Notes: generated by a model not told the origin, from the letters alone. DNA of 64,000 nt from Candidatus Cloacimonadales bacterium (GCA_963667035.1 OY762964.1:2176001-2240000), one strand, 5' to 3'; numbered from the stretch's first letter, positions 1 through 10,247 are shown. Numbers and translations are program-made.

Positions 1-296
1 TGGTAAAAACTGATTTGTCTGATTGAACAATCAAAGTTCTCAAGATGGGTCTTAAACTTCTCGAAGATACGTTTCGTATCTTTCATGCAAGTCTGAGTTT
101 CACATGAGATGTCTATCTTCTTTCCCGAATCTACAAGCTTCATATTCTCGTAAGCCAGGATTATCTTCTTCTGATCATTTGCCAGCATTGATAATATATG
201 AGAAATGCCGGGAGAGCTTTTACACTTATTGAATAAACTGAGATAGTATTTCTCCGTTTCCTTTTCCAATTCAATGACTCTATCATAAACATTCAT
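1..296 (-). CDS. Ferritin/rubrerythrin-like protein (partial, runs off the window start)
   Basis: Read manually: GGAGG RBS, ATG at 296, MNVYDRVIELEKETEKYYLSL...; open to the window edge; pattern resembles a rubrerythrin N-terminus; divergent from a ferritin-like gene. Confidence 0.55.
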   Translation of the reverse strand, partial: MNVYDRVIELEKETEKYYLSLFNKCKSSPGISHILSMLANDQKKIILAYENMKLVDSGKKIDISCETQTCMKDTKRIFEKFKTHLENFDCSIRQISFY

Positions 297-472
297 TCTA
301 CAATACCTCCAAATGTTATATATTTTACAGTATAAACTGAATACTTACAATCACTAATAATTTCTTGAAAAACTGTTTTCTTTAATGATAGCAAAATAAT
401 TGTTATTTATCCTTGCAGATATATGAAGAATGTTTAATATATAAATAACACTTAGATATCAAGGGGAACAAA

Positions 473-940
473 ATGACGAGGAAAGACATACTAGTATTAG
501 CCATGGGGAATGAGATTAAATCTTCAAACTTTTACCAGAAACTGGCTGATATATCCACCATGCAGGATATTAAATCAACTTTCGAGAGACTTGCACAATT
601 CGAACATAATCATCTTGAAAAGCTAAAAAAGATTTATCTCAAAGAATACCCCGAACTGACAGTTATGAATATCACTGAAAATGACCAATTCAATGGAAGA
701 GCAACCTTTCATGATTCAGCGGATGTTCTAAGGTATGGAATGAAAATAGAAGCTGATATGCAAAGAAGCTATCGCGAATTAGCTGAAAATTATAAAGGGC
801 AGGAAGAAGAGAAGATTTTTCTTGAATTAGCTAAAGAGGAAAATTATCATGAAGAAGTACTTGAAGGTGAGCTACAAAAACTTCAAGGTGCCTATACTTG
901 GTTTGATCTATCCGAGCTAAATGGAAAGATGGATGATTAA
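473..940 (+). CDS. Ferritin-like/rubrerythrin family di-iron protein
   Basis: Duplicated helix-pair motifs AMGNEIKS..FY..LA / LAQFEHNH and GMKIE..Y..LA / LAKEENYH. Confidence 0.8.
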   Translation: MTRKDILVLAMGNEIKSSNFYQKLADISTMQDIKSTFERLAQFEHNHLEKLKKIYLKEYPELTVMNITENDQFNGRATFHDSADVLRYGMKIEADMQRSYRELAENYKGQEEEKIFLELAKEENYHEEVLEGELQKLQGAYTWFDLSELNGKMDD

Positions 941-1331
941 AGGGACTCTGCATCACATTGAGATTTATGTAAATGATTTAAAAGCCACTAAATCATTCTG
1001 GTCTTGGTTTCTAACCAGGCTTCAATACAAGCTTTATCAGGATTGGGAAACCGGTTTCAGTTTTATCTTAGGAGACACATACATCGTCTTTGTTCAAACT
1101 GAAGAGAAGTACAGAGATAATCAATATCACAGATGCTATCCCGGACTGAATCATATTGCCTTTCATGTTCCGGAGAGAAAAGATATTGATGAGCTGACAA
1201 ACGAAATTCGTGAAAAGGGCATGACAATACTTTATGAGGACAAACATCCTCATGCCGGTGGCAAAACCTATTATGCTCTCTACTTTGAGGATCCTAATCG
1301 GATTAAAGTTGAATTAGTCGCATCCCAATAG
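933..1331 (+). CDS. VOC/glyoxalase family protein
   Basis: LHHIEIYV, GLNHIAF and FEDPNRIKVELV motifs; ATG 933 overlaps the end of the upstream gene. Confidence 0.85.
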   Translation: MIKGTLHHIEIYVNDLKATKSFWSWFLTRLQYKLYQDWETGFSFILGDTYIVFVQTEEKYRDNQYHRCYPGLNHIAFHVPERKDIDELTNEIREKGMTILYEDKHPHAGGKTYYALYFEDPNRIKVELVASQ

Positions 1332-1352
1332 AGACTAAAAAGAATATCTAAT

Positions 1353-1392
1353 TAACTGTAAGTGCTTCTGTTATCACTTACAGTTATTTTTG
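1353..1392 (+). terminator. Intrinsic terminator
   Basis: TAACTGTAAGTG...CACTTACAGTTA stem followed by a T-run. Confidence 0.65.
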
Positions 1393-1452
1393 TTTTGACA
1401 GATTTCCAGAATAAAAAATTTTGGGTCAAAGAATAATATTACGGAGGATATA

Positions 1453-2202
1453 ATGGAAATTTTCGAAACTCATGCTCACCTTGATTTACCGGATTTCGAA
1501 GATGATAGAGAAGAGATTATAGAGGGCTGCCTTGAGTCGGGAATTACACGAATTATAAATATAGGTTTTAATAGAGAAACATCAGAGAACTCAATAAAAT
1601 TAGCTGAGAAGTACTCATTTATTTATGCTACCGTTGGATTCCATCCCCATGAAGCATCTGATTATGATGCTGAAGCAATTAAAGAATTAGCACGGAACGA
1701 AAGAGTAGTTGCTATTGGTGAAATCGGACTGGATTATTTTAGAAATATATCTCCCAGACACATCCAGAGAAAGGCCTTTGAAGAACAGATCCTTCTGGCC
1801 CAAGAATATGATTTACCAATTCTTATTCATAACCGTGACTCTCATGAAGACTGTATGGAAATCTTAAAGGAAACTAAAGCAAAGAACGTTTTGTTCCATT
1901 GTTTCAGTGGTGATGTGATTTTTGCCGAAGAAGTTTTAAACCAAGGCTGGAAAATGGCTTTTGGTGGTAACATCACGTTTAAAAAGAGTAATCTTGGTGA
2001 TGTAATCAGAATGGTTCCAAACGATGCATTCATGGTAGAGACAGACTCTCCTTATCTTGCCCCTGTTCCCCACCGTGGTGAACGTAATGATCCTACATAC
2101 TTACCTTACATAGTACAAAAAATAGCCGAGATTAGAGGACAGTCACCTAAGCAGATTGCAGAAATGACTTATCTAAACGCAAACAAATTCTTTAGATTAT
2201 AA
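1453..2202 (+). CDS. tatD: TatD family hydrolase/DNase
   Basis: ETHAHL, GFHPH, AIGEIGLDY, FHCFSG, ETDSPYLAP. Confidence 0.95.
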   Translation: MEIFETHAHLDLPDFEDDREEIIEGCLESGITRIINIGFNRETSENSIKLAEKYSFIYATVGFHPHEASDYDAEAIKELARNERVVAIGEIGLDYFRNISPRHIQRKAFEEQILLAQEYDLPILIHNRDSHEDCMEILKETKAKNVLFHCFSGDVIFAEEVLNQGWKMAFGGNITFKKSNLGDVIRMVPNDAFMVETDSPYLAPVPHRGERNDPTYLPYIVQKIAEIRGQSPKQIAEMTYLNANKFFRL

Positions 2203-2226
2203 TTTTCTATGTGGTAATATAAAAAA

Positions 2227-2258
2227 GAAGGAAGTCGGTACATGTACCGACTTCCTTC
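2227..2258. repeat. 32-bp perfect palindrome (IS target, probable terminator), copy 1
   Basis: GAAGGAAGTCGGTACA|TGTACCGACTTCCTTC. Confidence 0.95.
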
Positions 2259-2259
2259 C

Positions 2260-3232
2260 CAGACTGTTGACAAAGCTATGAGTAAGATTTCATGGCTTTG
2301 TCTTTTTTTAGCTTAAAATAAGAATATCAATCATTGACAAAAACCCCCTTAGATTATACTTAAACCATCATAATTAGAGGTGGTTATGCTTAAAAAAGTT
2401 TCTGACACACAGTCCCAAATGGAGTTTGTAATAATAGATGATTTAGTACCGGTAGATCACATACTAAGGAAAATCGATAGCGTAATTGATTTTTCATTCA
2501 TTTTAGATAGAACAGCGCATTTGTATTGTTCTACTACCGGTCGTCCTCCAATTCATCCTATTACTCTTTTCAAAATGCTTTTTATTGGCTATCTATTCGG
2601 TATTCGCTCGGAAAGACAATTGGTCAAAGAGATAGAGGTCAATGTGGCTTATCGTTGGTTCTTAGGCTTTGGACTAACTGATAAAGTACCTCATCACTCA
2701 GTCTTCAGTCAAAATCGTAGAAGGCGATTTAATGATAGCAGCGTATTCGAAGAGATTTTTATAGATATAGTGAAGTTAGGCATTAAACATGGATTAGTTG
2801 ATGGAAAGATACTTTATAGCGACTCAACCCATCTAAAGGCAAATGCTAATAAAGGTAAATTCGAGGATATTGAAGTTGAGGTATCCTCCAAGAGTTACTT
2901 GGAAGATCTTAACACAAGCGTTGATGAAGATCGGAAGGCTCATGGTAAGAAACCTTTACCTCCTAAGGATAACAATCTTAAAGGAGGAGCATCACCTAAA
3001 GTAAAAAATATCAAGTCTAGCACAACAGATCCCGATAGTGGCTTTATGACCCGTGAAGGTAAATTAGGGAAATTAATAGCAAAATTTATCATCAATTACA
3101 TGATTTTCAACTCCAATTTACACGAAAATAGAGCTAAATCTCGCATGTTTAGGTTTGGGCTCAGTTAAAATGAAGAAAAATGACTTTCAACAATATATCC
3201 ATGTAAATTAGAATGTTTTTGTCAACAATCTG
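2260..3232 (+). mobile_element. IS1182-family element, internally deleted copy
   Basis: IRL CAGACTGTTGACAAA at 2260; IRR TTTGTCAACAATCTG ending at 3232; near-identical to the adjacent copy except for a 690-bp deletion. Confidence 0.9.
2380..3168 (+). pseudogene. IS1182 transposase with an in-frame 230-aa internal deletion
   Basis: Matches the 492-aa copy up to SGFMTR, then jumps to GKLGKLIAK; lacks the DSGY and ETIERSF catalytic region. Confidence 0.85.
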
Positions 3233-3233
3233 A

Positions 3234-3265
3234 GAAGGAAGTCGGTACATGTACTGACTTCCTTC
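3234..3265. repeat. 32-bp palindrome, copy 2 (one mismatch)
   Basis: GAAGGAAGTCGGTACATGTACTGACTTCCTTC between the two IS copies. Confidence 0.95.
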
Positions 3266-4927
3266 AGACTGTTGACAAAGCTATGAGTAAGATTTCATAG
3301 CTTTGTCTTTTTTTAGCTTAAAATAAGAATATCAATCATTGACAAAAACCCCCTTAGATTATACTTAAACCATCATAATTAGAGGTGGTTATGCTTAAAA
3401 AAGTTTCTGACACACAGTCCCAAATGGAGTTTGTAATAATAGATGATTTAGTACCGGTAGATCACATACTAAGGAAAATCGATAGCGTAATAGATTTTTC
3501 ATTCATTTTAGATAGAACAGCGCATTTGTATTGTTCTACTACCGGTCGTCCTCCAATTCATCCTATTACTCTTTTCAAAATGCTTTTTATTGGCTATCTA
3601 TTCGGTATTCGCTCGGAAAGACAATTGGTCAAAGAGATTGAGGTCAATGTGGCTTATCGTTGGTTCTTAGGCTTTGGACTAACTGATAAAGTACCTCATC
3701 ACTCAGTCTTCAGTCAAAATCGTAGAAGGCGATTTAATGATAGCAGCGTATTCGAAGAGATTTTTATAGATATAGTGAAGTTAGGCATTAAACATGGATT
3801 AGTTGATGGGAAGATACTTTATAGCGACTCAACCCATCTAAAGGCAAATGCTAATAAAGGTAAATTCGAGGATATTGAAGTTGAGGTATCCTCCAAGAGT
3901 TACTTGGAAGATCTTAACACAAGCGTTGATGAAGATCGGAAGGCTCATGGTAAGAAACCTTTACCTCCTAAGGATAACAATCTTAAAGGAGGAGCATCAC
4001 CTAAAGTAAAAAATATCAAGTCTAGCACAACAGATCCCGATAGTGGTTTTATGACCCGTGATAGAAAGCCTCAAGGCTTCTTCTACTTAGATCATAGGAC
4101 AGTCGACCATAAAACGAACTATATAACCGATGTTCACATTACTCCCGGCAATGTAAATGATAGCACCTGCTATATTGACAGGTTACAGTTCCAACAAAAG
4201 GTTTATGGTTTTAATGTTCAGGCAGTAGGGCTTGATTCAGGATATGATACAATTAACATTTGTAAGCAACTGGTAGATATGAATATTATGGGAGTCCTTG
4301 GCTACAAAAGACAGGGAGGTAAGAAAGGTCTATTTAAAAAGAACAAATTTACATATAATTCCCGGAAGGATGTTTACATTTGTCCATGTAATAAAGAGTT
4401 AAATTATAGAACAACGAGCCGTGATGGCTATAAAGAATACAAGTCGAATCCTAGTGAATGCAAGAATTGTCCAATGCTAAGTAAATGTACAGAAAGTAAG
4501 TCTTCTCAAAAAGTAATCACTCGTCATGTCTGGGAAGAGAGCAAAGAGATAATCCACAAGAATAGGTTAACATTATGTGGGAAAGAGATATACAAGAGGA
4601 GAAAAGAAACCATTGAGAGAAGCTTTGCCAATGCAAAGCAACTTCATGGCTACCGATATGCAAAATATCGAGGAATAGAGCGAGTTCGAGAACAAGCTTA
4701 TCTAACAGCTATCGTGCAAAATATCAAGAAACTCGTAAAATACCTTTTCAAAGGTAAATTAGGGAAATTAATAGCAAAATTTATCATCAATTACATGATT
4801 TTCAACTCCAATTTACACGAAAATAGAGCTAAATCTCGCATGTTTAGGTTTGGGCTCAGTTAAAATGAAGAAAAATGACTTTCAACAATATATCCATGTA
4901 AATTAGAATGTTTTTGTCAACAGTCTG
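3265..4927 (+). mobile_element. IS1182-family element, full-length
   Basis: Perfect 15-bp IRs CAGACTGTTGACAAA / TTTGTCAACAGTCTG. Confidence 0.93.
3385..4863 (+). CDS. IS1182-family DDE transposase
   Basis: GRPPIHP, GIRSER, DSTHLKANA, DSGY, YICP..C..CP..C and YKRRKETIERSF motifs. Confidence 0.93.
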   Translation: MVMLKKVSDTQSQMEFVIIDDLVPVDHILRKIDSVIDFSFILDRTAHLYCSTTGRPPIHPITLFKMLFIGYLFGIRSERQLVKEIEVNVAYRWFLGFGLTDKVPHHSVFSQNRRRRFNDSSVFEEIFIDIVKLGIKHGLVDGKILYSDSTHLKANANKGKFEDIEVEVSSKSYLEDLNTSVDEDRKAHGKKPLPPKDNNLKGGASPKVKNIKSSTTDPDSGFMTRDRKPQGFFYLDHRTVDHKTNYITDVHITPGNVNDSTCYIDRLQFQQKVYGFNVQAVGLDSGYDTINICKQLVDMNIMGVLGYKRQGGKKGLFKKNKFTYNSRKDVYICPCNKELNYRTTSRDGYKEYKSNPSECKNCPMLSKCTESKSSQKVITRHVWEESKEIIHKNRLTLCGKEIYKRRKETIERSFANAKQLHGYRYAKYRGIERVREQAYLTAIVQNIKKLVKYLFKGKLGKLIAKFIINYMIFNSNLHENRAKSRMFRFGLS

Positions 4928-4958
4928 AAGGAAGTCGGTACATGTACCGACTTCCTTC
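4927..4958. repeat. 32-bp perfect palindrome, copy 3
   Basis: Identical to copy 1. Confidence 0.95.
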
Positions 4959-4977
4959 CATATATGACCAAAGCTGG

Positions 4978-7900
4978 TTATTTCATTAGTAACATCTTGT
5001 TTACTTGTTTATCTTTACCATTCTCAAATTTGCAATAATAAATCCCTGAAGCTTGTCTCTTACCATTTGAATCAAGACCGTTCCAGACGACACTGTGAAC
5101 GCCTATAGACATCTGAGTATCAACTATCCTGTTAACAAGCTGTCCTCTAACATTATAGATTGAGACTTCAGTCTTGCTATCAGGATTCTTAACTTGGAAT
5201 AGTATTGTTGTTTCTGGATTGAAAGGATTAGGATAGTTTTTAAGCTTCTGACTTACAACTGCAATTGTTTCACTTTCAGCATCTTGAGGTTCAATAACCC
5301 CAAACCAAACAAGAGCATCTGACATCATTTGGATTCTTGTATCACTATCTGTTATCTGAGATAAATCAAAACTCATATAATATCCCTTATAAATCTGATT
5401 ATCAATCCATGTAGCACAAACTCCATGATACAGATAAGCCTGACCATTAACAGGTCCGTCTTCGAACATAAAGCTATTAATAGAACCTATCTCGGGATTT
5501 TGTACTTCATCTGCGTACCAATTAGGACAGGCATCATTTCGGAAGATACAATCGGGCGAGTTTGCATAAACATTAACCTCTTCGCCAGTAACTCCTACAG
5601 GTGAGCCGTTTACAGCAACGATAGTACCGTCATTGTATCCGAGTCCTTCAGGTCCAGCTAATCCGTTGCTTCCTCCACCTATTGTTGTTCCTACATAGTT
5701 TGTACGGAAGTAAGCATTGAAAAGTTTCTTCATCGGTTCATCATTAGAATAACCCGATTGGGTGTAAGCCCAGTTATCGGAAGAGAAGAACACATTCTTT
5801 GGATTGGCATTATCACCGTTATCCATGAAGTTCATTAAAGCAATACTGAATGAATCGGAATAATCGGTATGTGAAGAAGAATTTGAATAACAAACAACTG
5901 CATCATATTGCAACGGTATCTCATAATCAGAATGCTCCTGCCAATTGAAGATATCGTAGTTCACATTTAATGTATCCAATACATTCTGATATATATCGAA
6001 CTCAATCTGTTGATAATCCTGATTAGCAGAGTACATAAGGAGTACATTACTATCCGCAAATGGAAGAATTCCAAAACTATATACTTCGGTAGGAGCATTC
6101 TCAGGAAGCACTGAAGAGTTATTCATTGAGTCAGTTGCTTGAAAATAGTATTCAAAAGTTATCCCTGTACTAAGATTTTCAATATTGAAAGTATATTCAT
6201 TACCTTCTCGAGAATCATAATCCATTGATTCCCATCCGGAACCAGTATTGTACATGAGTGTTACGCTATCCATCTCTGACATATCGGTTACAGAGGCTGT
6301 GATAACAGGTGATGTTGAGAAAGTATTTCCAATCTCTTCATGGGATATGAACGGTCCGTTAACATCTGCACCGGGATAGAAGCTTATAGCCAGATTGTTG
6401 TGTAACATATTCCCTTCAGGAGTTACTCCAACCCATGTGCTTCCCTGAACAAGTTCTCTAAGATAGCATAAGCCCATTTCTGCGGTACTATTCTGTATAG
6501 CTACAGTTGAACTCTGTCCATAATCATGAGGTGCGTTTGTTCCTGTTTGTCCTGTAGCTGCATTCAAATACTGCATAAGGATTTCACCTGATTCGTACAA
6601 CACAACTTCAAAGTTAAGATATTGCTGTAAATCCTGTCCGGAATGGAATCTGAAGTCATGCCATTGAATAACGCAATATCTGTCAGGTTCAGAGCCAAAT
6701 GTTTGGTAGAAGATATCACCAATGCTCTGATCAGCTTCAAGGTCGTCCCAATATACCGCTATTAAACCCGGCATCTGTGTATATCCCGGTATCGGATACA
6801 TCCAATTAAAGACATTACCGTCACCCCCCCAACCATTGGAAGGATAATCGTTCTGCCAACTATTATCACAAAGAAGAATCTCACCGTTAGTATCAACATA
6901 GAATTCGGAGAACTGCTCACCATAGAATGGGAAGTCAAATCCTAATGATATGGACTCTGAGAAGTTATCATCGCCATTAAAGGCATCAACTCCTTCCATT
7001 ATTGCACTACTACCGGTTTGACTTATATCTATCCAGTTAAAATCAGGACCATTGGGATCTTCATTATCAATCCATTGATAACCGAAAGTATCCGGTCCAC
7101 CTGTACTAAAGTGCTCGTATACTTCTATCGAATCGCTTATCACATTGTTATCACTATTATCATCTACTAAATCAGTACTGAATGTAATGGTGTAACTACC
7201 AACAGCATTAGGTGTCCAAGAAGTAGCGAATTGATACTCAACGGTAACCATAGAGTCAATAACATCGGAGTATGTCTCTGTCTGATCATAAACAGTGGTA
7301 CTCTGCTCATCAGTAATAAGACATTGTAGATTTATATTTCCGGTAGTTGCTACATTTCCCGCATTCATGAATGTAAAAGTCAGGAATACGGTATCATTTA
7401 AATATGTTGGGAATCCTGGCTCAAGCATAGCAAGCAGAGCTATGTCATTAACAGGTGGTGGAATTACAGTTACATTCATTGTATCAAGGTATGATTCCAC
7501 ATTGTCTGTTAGCTCAAAGACCAATTCCTCTGTTCCTGCCCAATCAGAAGAGACAAGTTCAACCATATAATCCGATATGTTAACGGTAATATTTGTATTT
7601 CCTGTAACTCCAAGCGTCCATGTATCAGGTGTGGCATTCACTATATAGTTAGAGAAATCAAGGTTCACTGTTTCATTAACATCCATTTCCATAGTTTCCG
7701 GTATTGCTATCTCGGGAATCAGGTTGATGCTATTACCAACTTTGATATCATCGAGTAAAATAGCATAGTTCTCGCATTCCCAATAGAAGCCTATATAGAT
7801 TGTCTGATTAGCATAACTACTAAGGTCTATAGTTGTTTCTTGGTAACTTGATGTGATTGAATCAGTTTGAAATATGTCCGTATTGAAAGAGTTTATGGAA

Positions 7901-8241
7901 TTGTTCGTTGTTGAAACGTACACTTCCAAATTCTCTGTACTGTACCATGATCTTGCATTAAAGCTCAGGGTGTCACCTGCAGCAATCTGCACAGCAGGGG
8001 TAATCAACCAATCACTATTGTCATTTGGTAGATAGTTATCAATAAAAACAGACCAACTGCCAGAATTTGCATAGCTGGCATTTTCGTAAACTCTCCACTG
8101 ACTACCATCTTCATCATCATCGTAAATAGTCCATCCGTTAGGGACGGAACCGTTCTCAAAACCTTCATCAATTTGCCACTCCGCATTTAAGTTTAGAGTG
8201 AAAGCAATTATCAGAACAAGAAAAAGCATGATGTTTTTCAT
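4978..8241 (-). CDS. Large secreted/surface protein: N-terminal cleaved-adhesin-like domain, Ig-like domains, C-terminal FlgD/T9SS-like sorting domain
   Basis: Signal peptide; EGFE..P.GW, DWLITP, LDDIKV; C-terminal NYPNPFNPETTI...IYNVRGQLV...WNG...SGIYY...KMLLMK. Confidence 0.8.
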   Translation of the reverse strand: MKNIMLFLVLIIAFTLNLNAEWQIDEGFENGSVPNGWTIYDDDEDGSQWRVYENASYANSGSWSVFIDNYLPNDNSDWLITPAVQIAAGDTLSFNARSWYSTENLEVYVSTTNNSINSFNTDIFQTDSITSSYQETTIDLSSYANQTIYIGFYWECENYAILLDDIKVGNSINLIPEIAIPETMEMDVNETVNLDFSNYIVNATPDTWTLGVTGNTNITVNISDYMVELVSSDWAGTEELVFELTDNVESYLDTMNVTVIPPPVNDIALLAMLEPGFPTYLNDTVFLTFTFMNAGNVATTGNINLQCLITDEQSTTVYDQTETYSDVIDSMVTVEYQFATSWTPNAVGSYTITFSTDLVDDNSDNNVISDSIEVYEHFSTGGPDTFGYQWIDNEDPNGPDFNWIDISQTGSSAIMEGVDAFNGDDNFSESISLGFDFPFYGEQFSEFYVDTNGEILLCDNSWQNDYPSNGWGGDGNVFNWMYPIPGYTQMPGLIAVYWDDLEADQSIGDIFYQTFGSEPDRYCVIQWHDFRFHSGQDLQQYLNFEVVLYESGEILMQYLNAATGQTGTNAPHDYGQSSTVAIQNSTAEMGLCYLRELVQGSTWVGVTPEGNMLHNNLAISFYPGADVNGPFISHEEIGNTFSTSPVITASVTDMSEMDSVTLMYNTGSGWESMDYDSREGNEYTFNIENLSTGITFEYYFQATDSMNNSSVLPENAPTEVYSFGILPFADSNVLLMYSANQDYQQIEFDIYQNVLDTLNVNYDIFNWQEHSDYEIPLQYDAVVCYSNSSSHTDYSDSFSIALMNFMDNGDNANPKNVFFSSDNWAYTQSGYSNDEPMKKLFNAYFRTNYVGTTIGGGSNGLAGPEGLGYNDGTIVAVNGSPVGVTGEEVNVYANSPDCIFRNDACPNWYADEVQNPEIGSINSFMFEDGPVNGQAYLYHGVCATWIDNQIYKGYYMSFDLSQITDSDTRIQMMSDALVWFGVIEPQDAESETIAVVSQKLKNYPNPFNPETTILFQVKNPDSKTEVSIYNVRGQLVNRIVDTQMSIGVHSVVWNGLDSNGKRQASGIYYCKFENGKDKQVNKMLLMK

Positions 8242-8260
8242 GATAAAAAACCTCCCATAA

Positions 8261-9622
8261 TTATTTGTAGATTAACCGCGGATTCTTTATTTGTACGTGC
8301 CACTCACATTCTCCACGAACCTTGCCTCCGAAAGTTACATTCTCACCCCAGTAGATAGTTAACAATCCCGAGCTTTTATTTATGTACGAACTATCTATTA
8401 CTTCAAGATCCATGTTATAGTTTGTTCCGAGACAAATCATAGCTATTTGAGCACCATCTTCTCCACCGGAATCAATAGCCTTTTGTATTATGTCTTCATT
8501 CTCGGACTTGTAGTTTTTGATTTTGTTATCTTTAATTGTTAGGATTGTGTTCTCAATCTTTTCTCCGAAAGCATACCCCAACTTACTTTTAATGTTACCC
8601 TTAATTGATCCGGGCTTAGGTATAATCAGAATCTCTCCTCCGGGGAAGTTGATTGTGGGACTTTGTAAAGGGTCATCATTAAATGAACCGAATTCTCCGA
8701 TGACTTTTTCTATTTCAAGACTTAGAGTTTCACCCTCTGATTCTATCTCTAAAAATCTTGCTTCCTCAATTTTATAGCATATCTCTTTTGTTGTGTTGTA
8801 GAGTCTGGAGTAATCGATATCAAGTGCTTTCCAGAAATTAATCTCTGATACTACATTATGTTCGGAAAGTGTATCTTGAATCAATCCCGGCATAATCGCC
8901 ACTTTAATCTTCTTCTCCTGAAGTATACTTCTACTCACTCCGTAAGCCCTATTCCTGATTTCTATCTTCTTCTTATCATCCAATCTGACATATCGTGCTT
9001 CACCATTCAGATTTAAGTAGAAATTCTGCTTCTTTAGATTGCGATTAAAGCTGTCATAGTGATGTTTAAAAGCAGATAGCGAATAAACTTCGTTTCTCTC
9101 TTTAATTAATTCGATGTCCTGATAATCGAGTGTAACAACAATCCTTCTTCTTCCTGCTTCCTGAAGTAGTTTTTCAACAAACGGAAGATTAAACTTACCG
9201 GTTACTACCATCAATTTCTGCCCAGGTTTGATTTTGAGGCTTTCATCCAACAGCTTAGCTGCAATTCTGTTCAAATTAATGTCGTAGTTGTTCTCAAGAA
9301 TGGATTGGACAATCTCTCGATTGTTTAAACAAAGATTCTCGGTATTCACTCCCATTGAAAAATCTAGAATGTAGTTCTTTGCTTTTACATTATAATAGAC
9401 CTCTTTACTTCCGGGAGTATCTTTTACTATATCAATAAGGTCTTCATCGTAAAGACACTTAAGATTATAGTGCATTTTCTGCTTGGTAATCCCGAAAATA
9501 TCAGCCAACTGCTGACAAGTGGCAGGATTATGAAATAACTCATTTATAATCTCAAACTTGAGAGAAGACCCAAGCTCTCTGATCTGGGAATGTTTATTAA
9601 CAATAAAGATATTATTCAGCAT
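8261..9622 (-). CDS. ArsR-like winged-HTH regulator fused to an M29 aminopeptidase-like domain
   Basis: N-terminal PATCQQLADIFGITKQKMHYNLKCL HTH; C-terminal AKLLDESLKIKPGQKL, NFPGGEI, GTN and WGEN typical of the thermophilic metalloprotease M29 fold. Confidence 0.7.
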   Translation of the reverse strand: MLNNIFIVNKHSQIRELGSSLKFEIINELFHNPATCQQLADIFGITKQKMHYNLKCLYDEDLIDIVKDTPGSKEVYYNVKAKNYILDFSMGVNTENLCLNNREIVQSILENNYDINLNRIAAKLLDESLKIKPGQKLMVVTGKFNLPFVEKLLQEAGRRRIVVTLDYQDIELIKERNEVYSLSAFKHHYDSFNRNLKKQNFYLNLNGEARYVRLDDKKKIEIRNRAYGVSRSILQEKKIKVAIMPGLIQDTLSEHNVVSEINFWKALDIDYSRLYNTTKEICYKIEEARFLEIESEGETLSLEIEKVIGEFGSFNDDPLQSPTINFPGGEILIIPKPGSIKGNIKSKLGYAFGEKIENTILTIKDNKIKNYKSENEDIIQKAIDSGGEDGAQIAMICLGTNYNMDLEVIDSSYINKSSGLLTIYWGENVTFGGKVRGECEWHVQIKNPRLIYK

Positions 9623-9989
9623 TCTTTCTCCTATATGCTCAGTCTATTAATTTATGACTATTATCTTTCATTTCTCAACACTCTTTAAATCACTTATGAT
9701 TCTATCGAATTTGCTATATTTCAATATTTATCATCATTATCAACACAAACAGATATTCATTCTACTGGATACTTGGTCAAGATTTTTTTTACCATTTCTT
9801 ATTTTCTGGCATCTCTTCTGCTGTTTAATCCTTGTGTTTTTAATCCAAAACTTATCCCTAACGCTTGCTTTTCGGGCATATCTAATGCTTTTGTGCATTA
9901 TAGTGGAATTGTAATATTAATTTGTATCAGATATTGTTTGTATTTATCTCTCTCTGGATATTATGAACATGCTATGCCCTCTTACAATC

Positions 9990-10084
9990 CTCGGGACTCA
10001 CACGGGACTCTCTCGGGAATCACTCGGGGCTTTGCCCAAGAGATTTCCGAGATTTTCTCGAACAATTTCCGAAAGACCCCCGAG
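9990..10084. repeat. Degenerate 11-bp-periodic repeat with two oppositely oriented arms
   Basis: CTCGGGACTCA CACGGGACTCT CTCGGGAATCA CTCGGGGCTTT, then reverse-oriented units (TTCCGAGATTT, TTCCGAAAGAC, CCCCGAG). Confidence 0.7.
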
Positions 10085-10247
10085 TATTTTGAGGGAATAC
10101 AAAGTGAGAACACTCTCTAGTGTTGATTTAAGAGGATAATATAAATTGTTTCTTTGGAAGTTATGATTATAATGAGAACATTAATGCATAGACGGGACAT
10201 CCGGCCTTGAAAGATTCAACTACGTATGTTGGGCTTGATCTAAGATT

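Noticed and set aside
2227..4958. CRISPR array (three 32-bp palindromic repeats)
   Set aside because: The 'spacers' are 1-1.7 kb IS copies and no cas genes are present
9654..10120. ORFs 9654-9914 and 9773-10120
   Set aside because: No RBS or recognisable motifs, low-complexity composition, and they overlap a promoter/repeat region
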